A DNA stretch of 64,000 nt from NCBI RefSeq assembly GCF_006345805.1, contig NC_042998.1, positions 145,080,001 through 145,144,000 on the forward strand, read 5' to 3'. This document shows, piece by piece, positions 27,731 through 40,519 of this stretch. Made by a program: the position numbers and the translations under genes. Each line of letters opens with the position of its first letter. Within the stretch, counting starts at the first letter, position 1. The notes below the pieces were generated by a model. That model was not told the DNA's origin. It saw only the letters and a program-made list of their open reading frames with translations, and did not search any database. This DNA is from Octopus sinensis. Its lineage: Eukaryota.

Positions 27731-29871
27731 ATGTAGGGTACAGCATATTAAAAAATACTTTTAAAGGTTAAAATTATAAACAACTTATAAATAAGGGCAA
27801 ACGAAAATATTTCTAATGCCAAATATGCCGAAATTAGACACCCTTATTTATAAGTTGTATATATATATATATATGTTTATGTGTCTCTTTGCCCCCCCAC
27901 TATTGCTTGACAACTGATGTTGGTGTGTTTACGTCCCCGTAACTTAATGGTTCGACAAAAGATAGAATAAGTATTAGGCTTATAAAGAATAAGTGCTGGG
28001 GTTGATTTCTTCGAGTAATGGTGGTGCTCCAGCATAGCGGCAATCAAATGACTGAAACAAATAAAAAAAAAAAGTATATATATATACACATACATGTAGA
28101 TATGTGTGTGTGTGTGTGTGTGTATATGTATATACATACATGTAGATATGTGTGTGTGTGTGTGTGTATATATATATCATCATTGTTTAATGTTCGCTTT
28201 CCATGCTAGCATGGGTTGGACGATTTGACTGAGGCCTGGTGAACCAGATGGCTGCACCAGACTCCAATCTGATCTGGCAGAGTTTCTACAGCTGGATGCC
28301 CTTCCTAATGCCAACCACTCTGAGAGTGTAGTGGGTGCTTTTACGTGCCAGTCAGGCGGCACTGGCAGCGGCCACGCTCAAATCATGCTTTTTATGTGCC
28401 ACCTGCACAGGGGCCAGTCTAGTGGCACCAGCAATGACCTTGCTCGAATGTTTTTTCACATGCCACCAGCACAAGTGGCAGTAAGGCGACGCAGGTAACA
28501 ATCATACTCAAATGGTGCTTTTTACGTGCCATCAGCATGATATTTCTATGAGAGTTAGTGGCTGGGAAGTCAACCAACTAAGGGATAGTACTTATCCAAT
28601 ATACTGCTGGTAATGTACCCAATTATTAATACTCAAGTGCTGGTTTTTCTTCAATAAGAAAAATATAATGTACCTATTGGTAACTGACACTTGTATGTAT
28701 CGGCTCTCCTAACCATTTAGACCCTTGGGGGAAACCTAGAGAATGTCTACTGGCATTTTTATATCCCCTTCATTTTCTTTTTTGCCGCATATATATATAT
28801 ATAATCAAAATAAGCAACAAGTATATTTTCGGTAATTTGGTACGGTCATTTCATGCTACTTTATTTTATTAAACATTGTAAGTATTACATCAGTTTTAAA
28901 ATGTTGAGCAATCTTCAGCCATTTATAAAAGTCTTCCATCAAACGGGCCATACATATACTTATTTCTATTTCGTTTGCCGACATTATAAAGATATACAGA
29001 CCGAGAGGTTGATTTGATTGTTAAGGACATGATAGTATTAAAATTTACCTTCTGACTATAGATTTTTTCCTTTAGTTATTTAGATCTATTAGTGGGGTTG
29101 GATGGAGACAAAGAACTTTTCTATTTATAGATATAGGAAGGGGTAAAATAAGTGTCAAAAGTTATTCATGTTGAAGTTTAAGTGGTAGGGGAATTATAGG
29201 TTATTAATGAGTTTTCAATGCCTACTACTACCTGGCATCCTGATTTTATATCAAGAAAACTAAGCAAATATCCTTTAGACAATTAACTAAATGATTTCAA
29301 TAAACATTTGTATCTTATATAGTAATAGAAAATATAGAAATCATTTTACATTTACATAAATATATATATATCCATTTCCATTAATATATATAATCATAAT
29401 TGGCTAGTAAGTGGTGATTATTTTGATAAGTTGAATTAAAAGAAAATGTTAGACCTAATATTTACTAAGTTTGGAGAAAAAAAACAACTTTTATTTATTT
29501 AGTACATATATTAAGAGTAGGCATAATATTTAATAATCGTGGAAAAAAAACCTTATTAATTAAGTACATACATTAGGAGTCAATAAGATATATTAAAAAT
29601 AATGGAAGAGAAGTAATCAAGATAAGTAATTTTCTTAGATTTAGTAGATGGTGATTTGTTATTATTGAGTCGAATTAAAAGAATATGTTAGACATAATGT
29701 GGAGAAAACCTAATCAATTAAGTAAAAATATCAGGGGTCAGTAATATATATTAAAAAGTAATGGAAGTGAGGTAATCATGATGAACCAAGTAATTTTCTT
29801 AGATACATAGAATTTTTTCTTTTTAAATATAGATTATCAAAAAAAAAAGTTACACATCTCTGATGATTTGC

Positions 29872-29969
<98 letters not shown>

Positions 29970-31171
29970 CACACACACGCATATACATCTGTATAGTATA
30001 TAAAACAAAACATTTATTTACACTGTCTTATGTATGTTTCATTAACACAGTGATTATTGGTTACATAATGTAATTGCATAATCAAGACTCATTGTCAAAT
30101 CATCAGACGTGTGTAACTTTTTACATAACATTATGGGATTGAAAAGTTGACAGAATTCACTTGTGGAAATGGCTAATAACTGATATGTATATGTGTACAT
30201 GTATGTATGTGTTTGTGTGTATTTAAAGAAAGATGATTTGTAGTCCGTAGCATATTGAGATGAAGGTTTCTCTCCTTGTTATAGCTGTATCATTTCACTC
30301 AGATAACTTAAGAATTGTTGGGAGAATTAATAAATTTTACAACACCCTAGTTTCCTTCTCTCTGTTGTTGTCAAGCATTATATTTATTTAAAAATATATA
30401 AAATCTGGTTTAAAATATAAATTTATATTTTACTGAAGTCTTTAATTGGATTCATTGTCCCTTATTTAAGTTTTGACATTTAGCAGCTGATTTGCTAGAA
30501 TCCTGTAGATTTATTGAAACTCTCTCTATATATTTAAGATGACATATTCACTGAGTTGTTAGGGCATGGGATGGAATGCTTTGTGGTATTTCTTCTGACT
30601 CACTTTGCTCTGTGTTCAAATCCCACTGAAGTTGGATTTGATTTTAATCTTTTCAGGGTTGGTAAAAAAAAAATACCAATCCAGGTTTGGTGGAACTGTC
30701 ACGGGGTTAGGAGAGATGTCTTTCTAGTATCAGTGCCATCCCATTGCTTTCTGCTAGCAACACCTGCATTACCATCGTAACACTGGTACCGGGTTATATT
30801 GACTCTAAAGCAGTTTGTTTCCTTGGACAACGGCTTTGGCATGCATTGTTGGGCAACTTGCCAGTTTTCCTCCAAATCTTTGCCCAGTCTTATGAATTCC
30901 TTTCCCTTTCAATATGTTGAATCTTTTTGTTACCATATTCCTCTTGAAATACACTGACTTTGCTTTGGTTGTTCTTGAAAATAATAAATTAGTAAAATAA
31001 TTTTTTCATTATTAAGCTAGTGTTTGGAACATAAATTAACATGAAATTTTGGTGGAAAGTTTTGATATAGAACATTTTGACTTGGAAGTTTGTATGATAG
31101 AATGAATGATGGTTGGTCTCAGATGGATTGGTGTCAAAAAAAGATGTCCTTTTTTCAATTCTCTTTGCCAG

Positions 31172-31530
31172 GTACTATGGTGGTAATGAAATCATTGACC
31201 AAGTAGAGAGTTTGTGTCAGAAGCGAGCTTTGGAAGTTTTCAAACTGAACCCTGAGGAATGGGGTGTCAATGTCCAGCCCTTGTCAGGTTGTCCTGCCAA
31301 CTTTGCTGTGTACACTGGTGTTGTTGGACCCCATGGTCGAATCATGGGACTTCATTTACCTGATGGAGGACATCTAAGTCATGGTTTCATGACCAACAAG
31401 AGAAAAGTCTCTGCTACATCGGTGTTCTTTGAGTCCTTCCCTTACAAAGTGAACCCTGTGTCTGGACTCATTGATTATGATGCACTTGAAACTAATGCAC
31501 ATCTCTTCAATCCATCGCTTATTGTTGCAG
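31172..31530 (+). CDS. SHMT: SHMT coding exon 2
   Basis: (R)[23 protein letters not shown]...[18 protein letters not shown]...GGHLSHG...LIDYD...LIVA(G). Acceptor ctctttgccAG, donor GTatgt; 359 nt, phase 2 to 1, in frame with neighbours. Confidence 0.96.
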
Positions 31531-33815
31531 GTATGTACAGGTGTCCGTTTTTTAATTTTTAAAAATTTTATTTAACATCTGTTTTCCATGCATGGGTTGG
31601 ACAGTTTGACCTGAGTTGGCAATCAGGAGAATTGCACCAGGTTCCAATCTGACGTAGCTTGGTTTTTATGGCTTGATGTCCTTCCTAACACCAACCACTT
31701 TACACTGTGTATTGGGTGCTTTTTACTGTTTGCTTAGTATGTTTTTTTTGTTCTGGTCATAGAGAAATATTACCTTGTTTGGAAACAAGTGAGGTTTGAC
31801 ATCAAGAAGGGTATCCAGTCACAGAAAATTTGCCTCATGAAACTCTGTCTGATCCATGCAAGCAGGGAAAAGTGGATGTTAAAAAATTTATGGAAAACAA
31901 TAGACTATCAGATCCAGTCATAAAACTGTGGTCAGCCTGAGACTCTAAGTAGAAAATACTTGTCCAGAGTGCCAAGCAATGGGACTGAACTTGAATCCAT
32001 ATAATCGGGAAGTAAACTTTTTAACCACACAAATCCATGCTTTCATTCTTTTACTTGTTTCAGTCATTCGACTACAGCTATTCTGGAGTATTGCTTTGGG
32101 TGGGGTTTTGATCAATTATTTCGACCCTTATGCTTATATATTTTTAAGTTTGATACTTATTTTCTCAGTCTCTCTTTGCCAAACTGCCAAGTGACAGATA
32201 TAAACCCAGTTATCAAGTGGCAAGAAATACAGATATATGAACATGTGCACTTGGACATGCACATAATTGTAGGTGCACACAGGAAAATATACATGCATGC
32301 ATACACACATAATACATGCGTACACACACACACACATGAAAATATACATGCATGCGCATGCGCCTGTATACATGCACATACATACATGTACACACACATG
32401 CTATGCTTCTGAACAGTTTCCCCATTAATCAAATTCACTCACTAAGCATTTGTTGAATATATATATTTATTATATTCACAACCCAACCACTATTGGTACT
32501 GTATTAATTATATTAAGCACATATTTCTGTATTAGCTAACCAAATTAATGACATAGCTTTAATGAAGCAAATGAACTAATTTATCATGGAGACTGTTTTC
32601 TACAGAACGTACCTCATCTTTCAGCAATGCGTCATATTGGAATATTGATAATTACAATGTGTTGCAGATGTATCACCATCATCATCACATGAAGTAAAAT
32701 TCAGCAATGCTGGAGATTTGATGTTCATCATCATCATCAGTTTCTCATCCACTTTTCCATGCTTGCATGGGTCAGATGGAATTTGTTTAGGCAAATTTTC
32801 TACAGGTGGATTCCCTTCTTGTCACCAACTCACATCTTTTATGAAACAAGGTAATATTTCCCATGGCCAGACATACTTTTCATGGAAGATTGGAAACAAA
32901 CAATATTGCTTGTTATAATCACATCATGTGTCATGGCCGATGCCAGTGTCATGTAATTGGTACCCATGCTGGTGGCAAGTAAAAAGCACTATTTGAACTT
33001 TGGTTCTCACGAAGGCAGTAACAAGTAACCAAGACCTTTGGCAATGTTGTGGCTGGTGCCGATATTTCATAACTGGCACCCGAGCCAGTGGCACGTAAAA
33101 AGCATCCACTACACTCTTGGAGTGGTAGGCATGAGGAAGGGCATCCAGCTGTGGAAAGTATGCCAAATCAGATTGGAACCTGGTGCGGCCCTACAGTTTA
33201 CCAGTTTTCAGGCAAACCGTCCAACCCATACCAGCATGGAAAACGGATGTTAAATGATGATGATGTGAAGAGAATGATTCATGCACACACACAATTATTA
33301 TTGTTATAATGTCCACGTTACTATGTTTGCATTGCTTCGAATGAAATTTCTCAAAGCACATTTTCTACAGCTAAATGCTCTTCCTGTCGCCAACCCTCAC
33401 CTGTGAGGTTATATTTCCCCATGACCAGACATGTTTACACAGAAGATTGGAAACAAAAGACAGCTTTCATGACATTGACACTCATTAACAACCATTGTGC
33501 AAAGTGAAGGCAAGGCGTATAACCCTCCCACCCCACCAGAAACTGAAAGAAACCACACCACTGATTGACAACCAGTGTTGGTTTGTTTGTATCTCTGTAA
33601 CTCAGAAATTTGGCAAAAGACCGATAGAATAAGTATCAGCCTTAAGTACTGGAGGGTGAGGGGAAATTTATTTGACTAAATCTTTCCCAGGCTAAAGTGC
33701 TGGCAACGCAGTGGGTCTGAATCCTAAGCTGCATGGTTGGAAAGTGAAGTTCCAAACTAGTTATGCTTATGATATATGAGAATATTTCTTATATAGATGT
33801 GTTTATTCTTTAATA

Positions 33816-33866
<51 letters not shown>

Positions 33867-34934
33867 TTAGTTAGTTTTATATGCATACAACACACACACG
33901 GTGCCAAAATAAACCATGGCTAATAGAAATAAGCAGAGCAAATATCCCATAGTTAATAACTATTTCTCAACAAGCTTATATTACAAAATGTATGAGAAAT
34001 AGCTTGAGCTTGTACAAATATTAAATCCATCCATAGAGTAAAATATGAAAGTCATATTAGGTTCCTTTTGTGTTTAATATTTCTAATATTATTTTGAGCC
34101 TATATGTGAGAGTTGTCATGCTGTCTACACAAAAATATGTCCACGTATGATTTCTAACAAACAAGCACGTTTATATCTAACTACACATACAAATAAGAAT
34201 GCATGCCATCATCATTGTATTAATCTTTTACTTGTTTCAGTCATTAGACTGCTGTTATGCTGGGGCACAGCCATGTTTTTTTAAGTTGAGCAAATCAACC
34301 AGCCCCAATACCTATTTTTTTAAGCCTGGTACTTATGCTATCAATCTTGTTTGCCAAATTGCTAAGTTACAGGTATGTAAACAAATCAACACTGTTAAGT
34401 GGTGATGGGGGGCAAACAGATTGAAAGACACACACACACACACACACACACAGTGAGATATATATACAATGGGCTTCTTTTAATTTCTGTCTACCAAATT
34501 CATTCACAAGGCTTTGGTTGGCCTGAGGCTATAGTAGAAAACACTTGCCAGATGTGCCACACAGTGGGACTGAATTTGGAATCACGTGGGTGGGAAGCAA
34601 ATTTCTTATAAACAGAGCCATGCCTGCACTTAATGTGCACTTTTCTATGATTGCACAAATCAGGTGAAACTTGTGGCAGCAGTTTTTTTCTAGGGTTCAA
34701 TGTTCTTTCCGTTTCCACGTGAGGTAATATTTCTCCTAGTTCTTGGAGCAGAAAGAACTCATTGGTTGGAAGACTGTAAACAGATGCCATTTCATATGAA
34801 GAGTGACTTTGCTTTTAATCAACATGCAAACAAGAAGAAAATATAAATGCATGTGCACACAAATATTTTCAAATATTTACATCACGGATGATTTCCTAGG
34901 GAAAATGAACCTTTCCTCTTGGGTATTCACCAGC

Positions 34935-34979
<45 letters not shown>

Positions 34980-34982
<3 letters not shown>

Positions 34983-37301
34983 TCATCATCATTTAGCGTC
35001 CGTTTTCCATGCTAGCATGGGTTGGACGGTTTAACTGGAGTCTGGGGAGCCCGAAGGCTGCACCAGGCCAGTCAGATCTGGCAGTGTTTCTACAGCTGGA
35101 TGCCCTTCCTAACGCCAACCACTCCGAGAGTGTAGTGGGTGATTTTATGTGCCACCGACACAGGTGCCAGACGAGGCTGGCGAACGGCGACGCTCGGATG
35201 GTGTTTTTATGTGCCACCGACACAGGTGCCAGACGAGGCTGGCAGACGGCCACGCTCGGATGGTGTTTTTATGTGCCACCGACACAGGTGCCAGATGAGG
35301 CTGGCGGACGGCCACGATCGGATGGTGTTTGTTACGTCCCCAAAGCACGGAGGCCAGTCTATGCGGTACTGGCTACGGCCACGTTCGGATAATTTTCTTG
35401 TGTGCCACCGGCACTGGTACCACAAAGATACAAATTCCATTGATGTTCATCTATTTTGATTTGTTTTGATTTGATTTAATTTTCACTTGCCTCAACAGGT
35501 CTTCACAAGTGTCACAAGAAGGAAGGTATGCACAGGTGGACTGACTACGTCCCAGGTAGGGGCCACGGGTTATGGCCTGACTAGTCTTGCCGGGTCTTCG
35601 GATGGTGTTTTTATGTGCCACCGACACAGGTGCCAGATGAGGCTGGCGAATGGCCACGATCGGATGGTGTTTGTTGCGTGCCCACAGCACGGAGGCCAGT
35701 CGATGCGGTACTGGCTACGGCCACGTTCGGATGGTTTTCTTGTGTGCCACCGGCACTGGTACCACAAAGATACAAATTCCATTGATGTTCATCTATTTTG
35801 ATTTGATTTGATTTGATTTTCACTTGCCTCAACAGGTCTTCACAGGTCTTCACAAGTGTCACAAGAAGGAAGGAAGGTATGCACAGGTGGACTGACTACG
35901 TCCCAAGTAGGGGCCACGGGTTATGGCCTGACTAGTCTTGCCGGGTCTTCGGTTGGTGTTTTTATGTGCCACCGACACAGGTGCCAGATGAGGCTGGCGG
36001 ACGGCCACGATCGGATGGTGTTTGTTATGTGCCCACATCACAGAGGCCAGTCGATGCGGTACTGGCTACGGCCACGTTCGGATGGTGTTTCTTGTGTGCC
36101 ACCGGTACTGGTACCACAAAGATACAAATTCCATTGATGTTCATCTATTTTGATTTGGTTTGATTTGATTTGATTTGATTTGATTTTCACTTGCCTCAAC
36201 AGGTCTACACAAGTGTCACACACTTGCCTCAACAGGTCTTCACAAGTGTCATAAGTAGGAAGGTATGCACAGGTGGACTGACTACGTCGCCGGGTCTTCG
36301 GATGGTGTTTTTTGTGCCACCGACACAGGTGCCAGATGAGGCTGGCGAACGGCCACGATCGGATGGTTTTCTTGTGTGCCACCGGTACTGGAACCACAAA
36401 GATACAAATTCCATTGATGTTCATCTATTTTGATTTGGTTTGATTTTCACTTGCCTCAACAGCTCTTCACAAGTGTCACACGTGTCACACACTTGCCTCA
36501 ACAGGTCTCCACAAGTGTCACACACTTGCCTCTGCCTCAACAGGTCTTCACAAAGTGTCACACACTTGCCTCTGCCTCAACAGGTCTTCACAAGTGTCAC
36601 ACACTTGCCTCAACAGGTCTTCACAAGTGTCATAAGAAGGAAGGTATGCACAGGTGGACTGACTACGTCGCCGGGTCTTCGGATGGTGTTTTTATGTGCC
36701 ACCGACACAGGTGCCAGATGAGGCTGGCGAACGGCCACGATCGGATGGTTTTCTTGTGTGCCACCGGTACTGGAACCACAAAGATACAAATTTCATTGAT
36801 GTTCATCTATTTTGATTTGGTTTGATTTTCACTTGCCTCAACAGGTCTTCACAAGTGTCACACGTGTCACACACTTGCCTCAACAGGTCTCCACAAGTGT
36901 CACACACTTGCCTCTGCCTCAACAGGTCTTCACAAGTGTCACACACTTGCCTCTGCCTCAACAGGTCTTCACAAGTGTCACACACTTGCCTCAACAGGTC
37001 TTCACAAGTGTCATAAGAGGGAAGGTATGCACAGGTGGACTGACTACGTCGCCGGGTCTTCGGATGGTGTTTTTTGTGCCACCGACACAGGTGCCAGATG
37101 AGGCTGGCGAACGGCCACAATCAGATGGTGTTTGTTGTGCCCACAGCACGGAGGCCAGTCGATGCGGTACTGGCTACGGCCACGTTCGGATGGTTTTCTT
37201 GTGTGCCACCGGTACTGGAACCACAAAGATACAAATTCCATTGATGTTCATCTATTTTGATTTGGTTTGATTTTCACTTGCCTCAACAGGTCTTCACAAG
37301 G
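34980..37301 (-). repeat. Tandemly expanded RTE 3' end (about 6 units), reverse orientation
   Basis: cattgatgttcatctattttg recurs at ~35438, 35780, 36132, 36412, 36794, 37238; (CAT)n tail at 34980; reverse complement of the 12117-13590 array. Confidence 0.9.
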
Positions 37302-37483
37302 GTATATATATATACAAAATTAGAAAATGGAGAAACATACTTAAATCAATCAAACATCAACCATCAGATGATACCCAATCAATACTTTATTACACCATTA
37401 CATAACAGCAAAGGCATTATACAAAATATATTGTAAATATAATTAGACAAGGAAATAGAAATATAATATATAATTATATCATA

Positions 37484-37594
37484 TCTGACAGCTGTTTCGG
37501 TCGTAAGGACAAGTATGCCTCATTTAACCTATAAGCCATATAAGGCAGGTATAATTGAGACATTAACAAGGATGTCCCACGGCCTCTTCAGAGA
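37484..37594 (-). ncRNA. Type-I hammerhead ribozyme, canonical core
   Basis: Minus strand UCU-CUGAAGA-GGCCGU...ACGACC-GAAA-CAGCUG-UC-AGA: stem I, core, stem II, palindromic stem III, GUC cleavage triplet. Confidence 0.8.
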
Positions 37595-37743
37595 ATTTAA
37601 TTTATTATAAGTGTGAAAAAATTTTTTTACATATAAATATAAAAATATAAAATATAAAAACGTGTGCATAGACACTCATCATACTACACATATATATATA
37701 CTCATTAATACAATAATACAAAATAAACAAAATATATCAATAT

Positions 37744-37960
37744 TGTGGAGGCGCAATGGCCTAGTGGTTAGGGCAGCGGACTTGCGGTCGGAGGATCGCG
37801 GTTTCGATTCCCAGACCGGGCGTTGTGTGTGTTTATTGAGCGAAAACACCTAAAAGCTTCACGAGGCTCCGGCAGGAGGTGGTGATCCCTGCTGTACTCT
37901 TTCACCACTCTAAAAGGCGGTGCTCCAGCATGGCCGCAGTCAAATGACTGAAACAAGTAC
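37744..37960 (+). mobile_element. tRNA-derived SINE, chimeric 3' end
   Basis: A box TGGCCTAGTGG and B box GTTTCGATTCC; body matches the 17282-17570 copy, tail matches the 48497 family; followed by an A-rich run. Confidence 0.8.
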
Positions 37961-38269
37961 ATATAAAAAAAAAAAAAAAAAAAAAAATACATTAACAAAC
38001 ACAGTTATTCTACATATTGGACTTGGGTACCTCTCTAGCAGTATATTGGATATATGTTATCCCATGGTGGGTTGAATTTTCAACCCCTATCTCATTTTAT
38101 AACCGATATATATATATATATTATGATTTTGCTTTGGTATAGCAGTACTAATAACATAGTATTAGAACTCAATATACATATGCTTCAGAATAAAGTGTCA
38201 TTTGAGTACAGAGTATAAAATAAATTTATGGAATGACAAAGGAACAGGAATTATGTAACTGACTACATT

Positions 38270-38350
38270 AGCTTACAGCTGTTTCTGCTATAAGGTGCAG
38301 TGCACTCAGATCTGAGGACTTGTGCATCACCTTATAGCTTCATCAGAGCC
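38270..38350 (-). ncRNA. Type-I hammerhead ribozyme, canonical core
   Basis: Minus strand GGCU-CUGAUGA-A-GCUAUAAGGUG...CACCUUAUAGC-A-GAAA-CAGCUG-UA-AGCU; 11-bp stem II with an A-A closing mismatch. Confidence 0.78.
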
Positions 38351-39710
38351 TCCAAAATGAAGTGTGTATATATTGCAGAAACTGTTTCACTACACATGCA
38401 GAGATCTATTAAGTGCTGGCTTAGCTGTGTGGTTAACAAGCTTGCTTTGCAACCACATGTTGGTTTTGTTTTTAGTCTCATTGCACACAACATTTAGGGA
38501 AGTGTTCTTGGTAAATAGAAACTGTTTGGAAGCCTATCATGTGTGTGTCTGGGTTTTTGTTTTAGTCTATGTAAGATTACTAACCACATGACTTTGGATT
38601 CAGTTCCACTGCATGGCACTTGGGCAAGTGTCTCCTATATCCTTGGGGCAAACAAATCTTTGTGAGTGTATTTGGTAAATGGAAACTGAAAAGAAATCTG
38701 TTGTGTGTGTGTGTGTGTGTGTGTACACACAGACACACACACGTACATACATACACTTATATAGACATATGTATTTATAAGTGAACAACGTGTTCCCTTG
38801 TCTTAACCATTTAGCATTCAGATTACTCAGGTGTAATGCTTATTTATTCACATTATTTCAAATTACTTATGCATTGTATTTTAGTGTTAAGATTTCAATG
38901 ATGTGATTGTTTATTTTTAAAATGATATTGTAGTGTAAATTTAAGAGGCTGAATCTAGCCAGTTTGAATATAAAACAGGAAGAATTGCTGGGCCGGAAAT
39001 GGTTGATTTAAATACTTAAGAGTCAACAGTATGCTGTAGTTGTAAAGGAGTTTCACTATCATATAAGTGGTGTAATTTGTTTTCTATCCCCCATAGAAAC
39101 ATGTTTGACTATGGGGAAATATTACCATCACTTGGAAACCTCTAAGTGTTAGTATCAGGAAGGATAATCCTGCTTTGATGCATGCTGCCTGATCCATGCA
39201 AGCATGGAAAAGTGGACATGAAAATGATGTCACCGATAATGAGAAATAATGAAAAGATTTGATATATAGAAAATAATAATGCATGTAGCGTTAGGAAGGG
39301 CTTCCAGCTGTAGAAACATTGCCAGATAAGACCGGAGCCTGGTGCAGCCTTCTGGCTTCCCAGATCCCCGGTCGAACTGTCCAACCCATGCTAGCATGGA
39401 GAACGGACGTTAAACGATGATGATGATGATGTATATCAAATCTTTTCATTATTTCTCAAATCATCCAAAACTGACAAGAGATTTGGGAATCTGTAATTGT
39501 TGTTTAAGAGACAAGGAAGCCATTTTGAAAGACAGTGCTAGCACATATTCATAGAACATTTCTTAGAGGAATGGTGGTGAGAGTGCTTGAGATATGATTC
39601 TCAATACTTTTTCTGTGGAAGTTGTTTGTCATAAATTGTTGTGTACAAGTTAGAAATTATTTTGTAAATTGATTCTAAGTGTTGTGTATACACACACATG
39701 GAACTACTAT

Positions 39711-39760
<50 letters not shown>

Positions 39761-40519
39761 CACTATATCTATTATATAAAATAGACCTGTGTGTGTGTGT
39801 ATTCGCTTTTCACATGAAAACGGCCGTGCGAATTGGTTCCAGTCTTGGGATGCATAAATAATTTGACCTCAGATACATTTTATTTTTTTATTAAAAATAA
39901 ATATTGCTTTATATATATATGATTCACTTCTTTAAAAAGGTTTTTCAATGTCAGCTTCCAGTATTGACGTAGCGACTATCTAAACAATATTAATTCATTG
40001 CAGGTGAAATTTTTCGTTTTCATTTGCGAGGTCCCACTCTCTATTTTCATGTTTTTATTTCAAGTTTTCATTCGCTAAAGAAATATTTACTAAGCAAGTG
40101 AGATTTTTTATAAATGGGGGTTTTAGAGGGAGTGAGTGAGTGAAGGGGTTTGTTGTCATGTATACGTACATACATAAATACATATGCATACATCTTTTTT
40201 GTAGGTATGTGTGAGACAGATAGTAATGTCTAAGTGTCACTCACCCCCTTCTCTCTCTCACATGCACACATACATACAAAAAAGATGTATGCATATTTAT
40301 GTATGTACATATACATGACAACACACCCCTTCACTCTCTCTCTCTCTCTCTCTCTCTTTCACTTTAAACCAAGTAAATAAAATTTTTTTACAGAAATTAA
40401 TGAACAAAACCAGCTGTTCATTTTAGCATTTCTGCGGGTTCAACTGGGCAGACAATCTTTGAAGAATATTTCTTGAAATCTGTTTAGTAGTACTATACAT
40501 ATACATAGATGCACTCTCA

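Noticed and set aside
27779-27860. 18-bp inverted repeat enclosing CGAAAATATTTC
   Set aside because: Only a 3' half of a hammerhead-like motif; no NUGANNA core found.
35630-35660. cagatgag-gctggc-gaa in the RTE arrays resembling a hammerhead core
   Set aside because: Core is CAGAUGA and GAAC/GAAU with no consistent stems I and III.
36430-37010. CRISPR-like 31-37-bp repeats
   Set aside because: No unique spacers and no cas genes; eukaryotic LINE-derived tandem repeat.
37748-37820. tRNA gene
   Set aside because: Acceptor and anticodon stems pair poorly and the sequence continues into a repeated SINE body.
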